Shown here one piece after another: positions 30,977 to 39,133 of a DNA stretch of 64,000 nucleotides (positions are counted from its first letter, which is position 1; each line of letters starts with the position of its first letter). Source of the stretch: Trueperaceae bacterium (GTDB lineage: Bacteria > Deinococcota > Deinococci > Deinococcales > Trueperaceae); assembly GCA_965214405.1 (NCBI GenBank), contig OZ243956.1:3072001-3136000 (forward strand), given 5' to 3'. The position numbers and the translations under genes were made by a program. Below the pieces are notes generated by a model that was not told the origin of the DNA, did no database searches, and saw nothing but the letters and a program-made list of their open reading frames with translations.

Positions 30977-33853
30977 TTACTGGCGCTTTATGAGCACCGC
31001 CCAATCCTGAGTCGCGTCTTTGGGCGGGCTGCCCAACGCGACCTTGCCGCCGCCTGAAACCGTGCGGGTCGTCCCCTCGAAGTTTCCGGTGCGAGGGTTG
31101 AACCATTTCGCTGTGAAGCGTCCCGATACGCCGCTTAAGTCAAGGGTGCCGGTGCTAGAAGCGTTCTTAAAGTAGACCGCGTAAACCGCGCCCTTTTTGG
31201 CAAAGACGTAATCGCTGGTAACGGAGGTGAGGCCGTCTTGCGAACTCATCTGGGTAAAGGGAAGCGCGCGGAAGAAGAGAAGCGCGTACCGTGTGTAGTC
31301 CCACACCCGGTCGCGGCTGCGCCAGTCCTCCGCCGTGAGGTCGCTGTTGGCGTACTTGTAACCGAAGTACCACTCGACGCCCGCGCCGCCCGCCATGAGG
31401 TTGGCCCAGAGCGCTTCTTCGCGGGCGGTCTCGTGGTTGTTGCCGGGGCCGTCGGGGGAGACGCCCTCCCCGGCGGTGCCGGGCTCGTCAATCGTCACGA
31501 CCCAGGGCTGACCCGAGGCCGCCGAGGCTCTAAGCCACTTTAGCGTCTCCTCGTGCCCGCCCGCCATGCGGTCAAGCTGGATAGATGCGCCGTCAAGCCC
31601 GGGAAACCCGAGGAGCGGCTTGTACACCTTGTCGTGCTCCCAGGGGTAGGTATGGACCACAATAGGATGGTCGTAAGGGTCAACCGCGCGAAAGAAGTTT
31701 GCAAAGTCCCGGCGCTGCGCGTCGGTGTTGGTGTTCTCTTCGCCTAAGTTCCAGGTGAGCGCCAAGTGCTGCGAAAAGCGCGCGACGAGTTCGCGGTAGT
31801 AGAGTTTGCGCTCGACGCCGAGCGCGCCACCGTTTAGCAGCGTGTCGTTTTCGGTTTCCTGAGTCACCACGTGCAGCATCAGGCCCTTTTTGTCCATGTG
31901 GTTGAAGACGATGTTCCACTGCTCGAGCTTGGACACGTCAAAGGTGTCGCGCGCGCCGTAGCTCGTCCAGGGCCACACGTCTTTACCGTCGCCATTCACA
32001 TTCATGGTGAGAAAGTAGACCGCGTTCATGCCCTCCGAAGACAAGTAGTTAAGCGCGCCGATGACGCCCTTGCCCTTGCCCCCGCGCCAGGTCGGGTCGC
32101 CGGGCTTCCAGTCGCCTACGTGGGCGCTGTAGCTCTTGAGATAATTCGTCCCGCCGCCGTTGGAGGTGCCGTCAAAATCCTTGTATGCGAGGAAATTCTC
32201 GGGGCTGTCGGCCCCGCCCTTGAGGAAATAGTCGCCGTTTTGAAAACGCAGGTAGCGCCCGCCGACGGCCTCGAGAAACCCTTTGCTCCTGTTGTCAACC
32301 CCGGTTTTGTCGGTCTGAGCCACCGTAAAACTACCTGAGGCTCCGTCAAACGAGGTAGCCTGACCGGCTTTGGCGTCTAGACTCACGGCCACGTCTTTGC
32401 CCGTCCGAAACGAGGCGCGGTACGTCCAGGTGCCCGTCTTGTCAGGCGTAAAGTAGACGCGCCACTTGTTGCCGCGCGTCGCGCCCGTTTCCGCGGCGTT
32501 GCCGTCGGCGGCAAAAAAGCCGGGGACGCTCACCTTCGCGCCGCTCTGGTGCGTGAAGGTCACGTTGAGGCGGTAGTCACGGAAGGTCGCCGCGTCGCCC
32601 TCGCTCCTGTTGGGGCCGTCAAAGGTCACGCTCAGCGGGTGCCACAGCTTGCGTTCGCCGGTCAAGACGCCGCCCCTGGCCCCGCCCTGTTCGCTCCCTT
32701 TGCCGTCGACGACCTTGAACCGTAGAGAAAAAGGCGTGCCCGCGGCTCCTTTGGCATTGGCTTGGGCGTAAGGCGTGGCTGTCAGCGTGTAGTCGCCCGC
32801 GGCGGGCGTCCAGGCGTCGTAGTCGCCCCCGTCGTCGCCCTTCAAGGCGTAGGGCGCGACGCTCTCGACGTTCTGAACGCTGTTGAGGTTGAAGCGCACG
32901 CTGCCGACGTCTGTAGCGTTCGCCCGGATGTTGAGGTTGCGCGTCGGCAGGGCGGCGAGGTCGAGAGTCGCGCCGTCCTTGAGAGGGTCGAAGCCCGCCA
33001 CCGGCGCGTCCGTGTCCGCGTTGATGAGGGTGAACGTCCCCCCCTGGGCGTCACCCCTGTTGCGGACGGTAAAGCTCGAGCTCACCACCTTTTGCCCCCC
33101 GCCCGTCAACACCACCGCGGTGACGGTGTGGCGTCCCTCGCTCAAAGTCTTCGTGTCGAGCGCTCCCGCCGCGCCACTCGGCACCGTGCCCGCAAAATCG
33201 AAAAAGGCGTAACGCTCGGTTTGATAAGGTTGACCCGCCCGCGCGGGGTCGTCGAGGTAATACGTGACCTGTGTTGCGCGCGCTTCGGGTACGAGGTAGA
33301 TGTAGGCGTTGCCGGTCAGCACGGCGTCTGTGAGCGGCTTTCCTTCCAACCGAGACGGGTAAGAAGACGCGAGCAGCGTATTTTGCAAGGTTCCGCCGTT
33401 GTCGACCAAAAAGGTCGCCGTCGCTGCGTAAGATTTGCCGTCCTCTAAGGTAAACGCCGCGGTCACGGTGTGAATCCCGTTTCCCAGCCCCCGCGTGTCG
33501 AGAGGCTTGGCGTCACCCGACGCGCCCGCCAAGTCAAAGGGCGCTTTCGACTCCGTGCGAAACGGGCTACCCGCGCGCGCGGGGTCGTCGATGTAAAAGT
33601 CGACCTTGGCGACGCCGCTCGTCCGGGCGGTAAAGACGTAGATGTTGCCCGTAAAGGTGCCCGTATCGAGCACCCGAGCGTCCGCGCGGTTCGGTGACGT
33701 GCTGACCAACAGGTCGCCGACGACCGCCTGGACCTCGAGCTCCTGCGACGCTTGCGGCTCTTCGCGGCTGCACGCGGCGAAAAGCAGGCTCAGGCCCAAA
33801 ACGAGACGCAAGTAAAAGAGGCTTCTGGACGTCTTATAAGGTTTATTTTTCAT
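30977..33853 (-). CDS. Large lipoprotein: tandem Ig-like repeats, DUF5060-like domain, putative glycoside-hydrolase barrel and C-terminal beta-domain
   Basis: Lipobox FAAC; two repeats with Y[IL]DDPARAG; VPGFFAADG; RELVARF; WNLGEEN; WFNPRTG. Confidence 0.75.
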   Translation of the reverse strand: MKNKPYKTSRSLFYLRLVLGLSLLFAACSREEPQASQELEVQAVVGDLLVSTSPNRADARVLDTGTFTGNIYVFTARTSGVAKVDFYIDDPARAGSPFRTESKAPFDLAGASGDAKPLDTRGLGNGIHTVTAAFTLEDGKSYAATATFLVDNGGTLQNTLLASSYPSRLEGKPLTDAVLTGNAYIYLVPEARATQVTYYLDDPARAGQPYQTERYAFFDFAGTVPSGAAGALDTKTLSEGRHTVTAVVLTGGGQKVVSSSFTVRNRGDAQGGTFTLINADTDAPVAGFDPLKDGATLDLAALPTRNLNIRANATDVGSVRFNLNSVQNVESVAPYALKGDDGGDYDAWTPAAGDYTLTATPYAQANAKGAAGTPFSLRFKVVDGKGSEQGGARGGVLTGERKLWHPLSVTFDGPNRSEGDAATFRDYRLNVTFTHQSGAKVSVPGFFAADGNAAETGATRGNKWRVYFTPDKTGTWTYRASFRTGKDVAVSLDAKAGQATSFDGASGSFTVAQTDKTGVDNRSKGFLEAVGGRYLRFQNGDYFLKGGADSPENFLAYKDFDGTSNGGGTNYLKSYSAHVGDWKPGDPTWRGGKGKGVIGALNYLSSEGMNAVYFLTMNVNGDGKDVWPWTSYGARDTFDVSKLEQWNIVFNHMDKKGLMLHVVTQETENDTLLNGGALGVERKLYYRELVARFSQHLALTWNLGEENTNTDAQRRDFANFFRAVDPYDHPIVVHTYPWEHDKVYKPLLGFPGLDGASIQLDRMAGGHEETLKWLRASAASGQPWVVTIDEPGTAGEGVSPDGPGNNHETAREEALWANLMAGGAGVEWYFGYKYANSDLTAEDWRSRDRVWDYTRYALLFFRALPFTQMSSQDGLTSVTSDYVFAKKGAVYAVYFKNASSTGTLDLSGVSGRFTAKWFNPRTGNFEGTTRTVSGGGKVALGSPPKDATQDWAVLIKRQ

Positions 33854-33889
33854 CCCTCTCCCTGTTTCTTCTAACCGTTGATGGTTTAT

Positions 33890-34050
33890 GTGGCGGGGCG
33901 GCCTCCCGACCAACCCTACGGTTGTGCTGAGGAGGCGGTTCGCCTCCAGCCGGTTACAGGTCGTCGCCCCCACCTGACGCGCCGGGAAGAGGTCAGGTTC
34001 AAACCTGCCTGGCGCTTCGCCGCGTCGGGACGCCCTTTCCCCGGCGTCAG
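33890..34050 (-). ncRNA. Candidate structured 5' leader RNA upstream of the large lipoprotein gene
   Basis: Nested inverted repeats form two multi-stem domains; I could not match them to a family I recognise. Confidence 0.4.
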
Positions 34051-34271
34051 CATGGTAAAACGGCTCAATTCACAAAGTGTTAAAAATTCTCACTCGTGCT
34101 CACGGAGGTGCTCAATGGTTCTTTGTCGGCGTGTTGTCAGAGGGGTGCTGGACATAACGTTTGATGTTTAGTAAAAAATTTCACTTTTGTCGATAAGAGC
34201 GTCTGGAGGAAGCACGCCCCGTTTGCGCTCCATGTGTATTTCACTCCTCCCACTCATGTTAAGCTCGAGCC

Positions 34272-35087
34272 GTGACACCCGCCTCCGCCATGACGCGACC
34301 GGCTCGCGTCTCAGAACCTGCGGTCCCGAACACGTGCCCTGAGGGCTTCGTCGTCCTCACGCCCCACTTCTCAGGCTCCTTGGGCGACCTCACGCAGGCG
34401 CTGCGGGCGGGAGCGCTGCTGCCGGAACACCTTGATATTCTGGGCCTCGTCCGCGATTACCTCGGCTACTACCGGCGGGTGGCGGATGGAAACCTGGAAC
34501 TTGCGACCGAAACCTTGCCGGGGATGGCGCGGGTGGTCGAACTCAAAACCAGGCTGCTCCTCCCGCGCCATCCCAAAGTCGAGGACGAGGAGGATGTGGA
34601 GGAGGCGCTCGAGGTGGTGGACCTGCTCGCGGGGCTCGAGGAGGCCATCACCTTTCTTAAAGACCGCCGCGAGGCCCGCCGCACACTTCTACCCGCCCAC
34701 GCGCCCCGCCCCGACCTGCCCCGCCCGGAACGGCCCCTCAGGGTGAGCCTGACCCGGCTCGCCGAACTCGCCGCGCGCCACCGCCCGAGCCACTACTTTG
34801 AACTCGCGGTCGAGCGTCTTACGGTAGCCGCCGCGATGAAAAGGCTTTTGGAAACGCTTACCGGCGTGCGGCGGGGCTTCTTGCGCGACCTGCTCCCGAA
34901 AGCCGACTGGCCAACCCTGGTCACGAGCTTTACGGGGCTGTTGGAACTCGTGAAAGAGGGCGAGGTGCGCGCGGCGCAGCCTGTGGTTTATGGGCCGATC
35001 ATGCTCGAGCTCGTAGCGGCGGAGACGGGAGACGGAGAGGTTGGGGGTGAGGGGATAGAAAATGAAAAGGTGCTCGAGCCCGCCTGA
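34272..35087 (+). CDS. scpA: Segregation/condensation protein A-like (kleisin)
   Basis: FSGSL, ARVVELKTRLLLP, FTGLLELVKEG..Q..VYGPI. Confidence 0.8.
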   Translation: MTPASAMTRPARVSEPAVPNTCPEGFVVLTPHFSGSLGDLTQALRAGALLPEHLDILGLVRDYLGYYRRVADGNLELATETLPGMARVVELKTRLLLPRHPKVEDEEDVEEALEVVDLLAGLEEAITFLKDRREARRTLLPAHAPRPDLPRPERPLRVSLTRLAELAARHRPSHYFELAVERLTVAAAMKRLLETLTGVRRGFLRDLLPKADWPTLVTSFTGLLELVKEGEVRAAQPVVYGPIMLELVAAETGDGEVGGEGIENEKVLEPA

Positions 35088-35944
35088 GAGCCTGTCTGAG
35101 AAAAGGCCTATCAGCTAAGTTGTAGGTCAAGATAGGTTTGTGAAGAACTATCAGATATACCCAACAGACCTAACTGATAAGCAGTGGCAGTGTGTCAAAG
35201 AACTCATACCCGCAAGAAAGCGAAGGGGACGCCCGAGAGAACTGGATATACGCTTGGTCGTCAACGCTATTATTTACGTTGTTGTAAGCGGGATTCAGTG
35301 GCGCATGTTGCCGCAGGACTACCCTAAGTGGAAGTCGGTGTACCACTACTTCCGACAATGGCGGGACACAAAGGTGTGGCAGAGAATACATGAGCGCTTG
35401 CGAGCGAAAGTGCGTCAGCAAGCAGGACGACATAAACACGCAACAGCAGGCTGTCTGGATTCCCAAAGCGTAAAAACAACAGAACGTTCATCTGAACGCG
35501 GCTTTGACGCAGGCAAGCTTGTCAAAGGCAGAAAGCGACACGTTTTAGTCGATACGATGGGTTTGATCCTGGCTGTGGTGGTGACATCGGCAAACATACA
35601 AGATCGTGATGGTGCTCGCTTAGTTCTGGCTCAGTTGAGTGGAGCTTGTAAAAAGCTGCGCCTCATCTGGGTTGACGGCAGTTACCGCGGGAAGCTGCTT
35701 GATTGGGTGCTTGGTACGTTTCGTTTTAGGTTACAGCCTGTACTACGCCCCAACGGTCACAAAGGCTTTGTACTTTTACCTCGCCGCTGGGTCGTCGAGA
35801 GAACCTTTGCCTGGTTGGGCCGCTGTCGTCGCTTGAGTAAAGACTATGAAGGTTTAGCTGCCAGCTCTGAAGCCTTTATCCACATTGCCATGATTCGCAT
35901 CATGCTCAGGAGGCTGGCCTAAACCCTAATTCTCAGACAGGTTC
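35088..35944 (+). mobile_element. Complete IS5-family insertion sequence (857 bp)
   Basis: 15-bp terminal IRs gagcctgtctgagaa / ttctcagacaggttc (1 mismatch); 3-bp TGA duplication at 35085-87 and 35945-47; lower GC. Confidence 0.93.
35140..35922 (+). CDS. IS5 family DDE transposase
   Basis: [44 protein letters not shown]. Confidence 0.95.
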   Translation: MKNYQIYPTDLTDKQWQCVKELIPARKRRGRPRELDIRLVVNAIIYVVVSGIQWRMLPQDYPKWKSVYHYFRQWRDTKVWQRIHERLRAKVRQQAGRHKHATAGCLDSQSVKTTERSSERGFDAGKLVKGRKRHVLVDTMGLILAVVVTSANIQDRDGARLVLAQLSGACKKLRLIWVDGSYRGKLLDWVLGTFRFRLQPVLRPNGHKGFVLLPRRWVVERTFAWLGRCRRLSKDYEGLAASSEAFIHIAMIRIMLRRLA

Positions 35945-36013
35945 TGAGTCTTTTGCGCCCCTTACAGACGCCCCCGCGCCCTGGCGTTAGGCTCGCGTAA
36001 GGAGGAACAAAAC

Positions 36014-36685
36014 ATGGCGTCAACCAACCCATCAAACGACGTACCCCCCACCCACGTAAAATTTAGCCAACTCGTCCGCGACGACACGCTGCTCAAACCG
36101 CGCTTGGACGACGGCGTTTTGGTAAGAGACGTCCGCACCGTTCAAGAAGCCTATCTCAAGGCGGTTCAAGAAATTCACAAGGACGTATCCGAAGCCGTCG
36201 GCAACATTCAGGACCCGCTCGAGAGCGACCAGATGGGCGGCCTCCACGGCGAAGCGTCGGGCGAGTTCGACGTGGACGAACTCTTAGAGAACCTCTCCGG
36301 CGAGGCGTTGCAGCTCGAGCCTCAGGGGACGATGCAAGACTTTATCGTCCAAACCATCGACGAAGACGACATCCCCGACCCCTACTTCATCGTCTTTGCC
36401 GAGCGCCGCCCCTTTTACGGCCTTCAGAGCGTGGCGGGGCAAGAGGACAACAACCTGCGCCACTTGGAGGTTCAGCGGGAGATGAAGAGCCTCAAGGAAC
36501 AGATTGACAAAGCTCGAGCGGACGGCGACGAGGTGAGAGCGGAGGAACTGAAAGACATTTTCGAGAGCATGAAGGCGGATTTCCGCTCCGGCGAACCCGC
36601 GCCCTTAACCTCCGCGACCGAACCCAAAACCGCCGAGCGCCAGCAGGACGCGCCGCCCGAAAAGGTGCCGGGCCGCGAATACTGA
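36014..36685 (+). CDS. Acidic hypothetical protein
   Basis: AAGGAGG RBS; 223-aa ORF with host-like codon use. Confidence 0.75.
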   Translation: MASTNPSNDVPPTHVKFSQLVRDDTLLKPRLDDGVLVRDVRTVQEAYLKAVQEIHKDVSEAVGNIQDPLESDQMGGLHGEASGEFDVDELLENLSGEALQLEPQGTMQDFIVQTIDEDDIPDPYFIVFAERRPFYGLQSVAGQEDNNLRHLEVQREMKSLKEQIDKARADGDEVRAEELKDIFESMKADFRSGEPAPLTSATEPKTAERQQDAPPEKVPGREY

Positions 36686-36848
36686 GCATCAAGCGGAGTG
36701 CTGAAAAAGGCTTAACACGCAAAATGCCAAGCAGCCTGTAATTGAACTGCTTGGCATTGAATTTGCTGAATGACTGCGAAGTGGTCAGAGTACCTTCTAA
36801 TGCTCGTTCCTTCAACGCCGCGCTAAATCAGCAAAAAAGGTATGTGCT

Positions 36849-36980
36849 CTACCGGCTGAACCGGAAAGGATTGGTAACGGGCACATCGTTACTAAACCGG
36901 AAGGGATTAGTAACAGGTGCGTCGGCAAAAGCTGAACCAACAAATGCGACCAAGAGTAGAACAAGAACGACTTTCTTCAT
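36849..36980 (-). CDS. 43-aa secreted prepeptide with two tandem 12-aa cores (DAPVTNPFRFSN / DVPVTNPFRFSR)
   Basis: AAAGGCGG RBS, Sec signal MKKVVLVLLLVAFVGSAFA (AxA site), and repeats that differ mostly at synonymous positions. Confidence 0.85.
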   Translation of the reverse strand: MKKVVLVLLLVAFVGSAFADAPVTNPFRFSNDVPVTNPFRFSR

Positions 36981-37121
36981 GTACTGCCGCCTTTGAAAAT
37001 TCACCAAGCGCCGTTTGCGCTTAAGTGACAAATTGGGCGCGCTGACGCGCTGAGCCAGCATACTGAGTTATGTGCAAAGCTTCTTTAGACATAGACCTCA
37101 GTGTCATCATTCAAATGTTGG

Positions 37122-37436
37122 TTATTCGTTAAACCGGAAGGGGTCGACGGGAAGGCAGTCGCTACCCAAACAGACCCAGATGTAGTAGTGGTCAATTTCA
37201 GCTCCGGAAACGTCTGTAATGTCCTCATGCGTTCCCTCTTGCAGCTCGAACGCTTTTTGCCCGATGATTTCGGCGGGTAGAAGCGCGCTGGCATCCTCAG
37301 CGATTTGGCCCTGGAACATCACATAGACGTCGTTGTTGAAGTCATACTCGGTGGTGCGAAGACTGTTACGGCTGTTACACGCTGCGAGCGTGAACAACAA
37401 CGCTGTGACTACCAAAACCATTCGACTTGCTTTCAT
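37122..37436 (-). CDS. Small lipoprotein ending in CLPVDPFRFNE
   Basis: AAGGAGG RBS, lipobox LAAC, C-terminus matching the core of the downstream peptide. Confidence 0.85.
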   Translation of the reverse strand: MKASRMVLVVTALLFTLAACNSRNSLRTTEYDFNNDVYVMFQGQIAEDASALLPAEIIGQKAFELQEGTHEDITDVSGAEIDHYYIWVCLGSDCLPVDPFRFNE

Positions 37437-37557
37437 CCTCATCCTCCTTGTTAGAGTGCAGACTCACTTCAGCAAATACTCTTTAAGAAAACGATGGGGA
37501 CGTTGCTGTCTTTATGGTAGGTGTAAACCATCTCACAACCCGTGGGAAATTTCACAT

Positions 37558-38541
37558 CTATAGCTCACCGAGCGCTGCGAAAAAGGCTTCGACAACCCTG
37601 GCTGGGTAATGTTGGTCCGCGTAACGCCTGATTTCGCAGACTGCCTGTTCGTGACTCAGCGCCTTGCGGTAGGGGCGGTCCGAGGTCATGGCGTCGTACA
37701 CGTCGGCCACGGCGACGATGTAGGCTTCCGTGAGGATGTCGCCGTTGGCGAGCCCGTGGGGGTAGCCGCTCCCGTCTAGGCGCTCGTGGTGCTGCTCAAT
37801 GATGCGCCCGGCGGGTTTCATGAAGGTGGCCTCGACCATCTCTTTGCCTTTGAGAGGATGCTGTTTGACGATGTCCCACTCTTCGGGGGTCAGCGCGGCG
37901 GGCTTGTTAAGGACAGTGATGGGTATCTCAACTTTTCCTATGTCGTGAACATAAGCGCCGTACTCGAGGTAATGCAGTCGGTCATGGGGTAAGCCTAAAA
38001 GTTTTCCGGTGGAGTAAGAAACAGATTTTATGCGTTGGCAGTGGTTCGCCGTGTACCCGTCCTTTTGCTCTACCTCCTCAGCGAGGCGCATAAGTTCCCC
38101 CAGTTCATCGCTTATATGGTGAAAAAACGGTTGGAGGGTCAGGTAGAGAAACCACGTATCGGTTTCAACTATGAAGATAGTTGGTTGCTCGAGACTTTCG
38201 GCAACTAAATGGTCACCCGGTCCGACTCTAATAGACCCGGTGGGAAGGTCACAGCGTAGTGAACCCACCAGGATAAAGTAAACTTCTGGTGCTGATATAT
38301 TTTTGTCAGGCGGCGGAACAAGAGTGATGCGTTTACCCGCTTTCACATGCGTTTTAACAAGCTCGACGTTACCCCTAGTAAAGAGCAGGTGAACTTCGCC
38401 CGCTTTCGAGCCCGCCGCCTCGAGACTCTCGCCCGCCCTGTAAAGGTTCAACCCTTTGGGAAGTGCTTTTGTGTTTTCTCCCATGCGAGCAGGCCCCCGT
38501 TCTGGCGTTACGGGAACTCTAACAGACTTAGACTGCGGCAA
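37558..38541 (-). CDS. HD-GYP cyclic-dinucleotide phosphodiesterase with N-terminal cupin-like sensor domain
   Basis: HDIGK, HHERLDGSGYP, ADVYDAMTSDRPYR; N-terminal EVYFILVGSL...VGPGD cupin-like motif. Start is TTG 38541 or ATG 38484. Confidence 0.92.
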   Translation of the reverse strand: MPQSKSVRVPVTPERGPARMGENTKALPKGLNLYRAGESLEAAGSKAGEVHLLFTRGNVELVKTHVKAGKRITLVPPPDKNISAPEVYFILVGSLRCDLPTGSIRVGPGDHLVAESLEQPTIFIVETDTWFLYLTLQPFFHHISDELGELMRLAEEVEQKDGYTANHCQRIKSVSYSTGKLLGLPHDRLHYLEYGAYVHDIGKVEIPITVLNKPAALTPEEWDIVKQHPLKGKEMVEATFMKPAGRIIEQHHERLDGSGYPHGLANGDILTEAYIVAVADVYDAMTSDRPYRKALSHEQAVCEIRRYADQHYPARVVEAFFAALGEL

Positions 38542-38638
38542 CGGGTGTAAAAAACCTCACGTTGGTCAATATTTAACCGAATTTAACCAACGCGAGGTTT
38601 TGTGGCGCGAGATTCCGCAGCATATCCCAATCAAGAGT

Positions 38639-38824
38639 CTAGCGCGCGGGCATAACAACCCAGAGGATGATGTAGGGCAACAGGCCAAACCCAAAGGCCA
38701 AGGAAGCCACGATAAAAGCGAGGCGCACAACCGTCGCGTCGACGCCGAAGTATTCCCCGAGGCCGCCGCAAACGCCTGCAATCCACCGGTTGGTTCGGGA
38801 GCGTAAGAGTTTCTTTTGAGCCAT
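38639..38824 (-). CDS. PspC domain protein
   Basis: LLRSRTNRWIAGVCGGLGEYFGVD...YIILWVVMP. Confidence 0.92.
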   Translation of the reverse strand: MAQKKLLRSRTNRWIAGVCGGLGEYFGVDATVVRLAFIVASLAFGFGLLPYIILWVVMPAR

Positions 38825-39133
38825 ACGCCACTCTAGCAAAAAGTGGGCGTGACGCGGGTGAGGGGGGTGTGGGCTCGAGCGCATAAGAAGCTAGCCAGAA
38901 GACGCACCCCAACGGTGGGGTCGCCCACGTTAAGGGCGTGAGAAAGCGCGTTACACTTGAGTCACCACAATTTAGCCGCTGCACGTGGGTCACGGGGTTA
39001 CGGCTTCAAAGTCGGTGTGTTGGGCAAAGCTCGCAAAAGGGCCGCTACGCCCGGCTAAGGTACAGAACTGTCGAACGCCTTGTGGTGGGTTCCGCCCTTT
39101 TTAGAAGCGGAAGACGCAGCGGGAAGGAGAAAG

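Noticed and set aside
33974..34050. Cloverleaf-like fold as a tRNA gene
   Set aside because: It lacks the TTCRA T-loop, D-loop GG spacing, a 7-nt anticodon loop and a CCA end; kept only as a candidate leader RNA.
36852..36923. 36-bp tandem repeat as a CRISPR array
   Set aside because: There are no spacers, only two adjacent units with codon-patterned divergence, and no cas genes in the window.
36849..37061. 70-aa ORF-track version of the peptide gene
   Set aside because: The internal ATG at 36980 has an RBS and begins a clean signal peptide; the upstream extension looks non-coding.
36849..37436. RiPP precursor interpretation of the repeat peptide
   Set aside because: No modifying enzymes (radical SAM, YcaO, LanM, ATP-grasp), peptidase or dedicated exporter are adjacent, and it has a standard Sec signal. 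Modification in trans is not excluded.
38485..38541. VPVTPER in the HD-GYP N-terminal extension resembling the peptide core VPVTNPFR
   Set aside because: The match is short, lacks the PFRF part and depends on an uncertain TTG start; probably chance.
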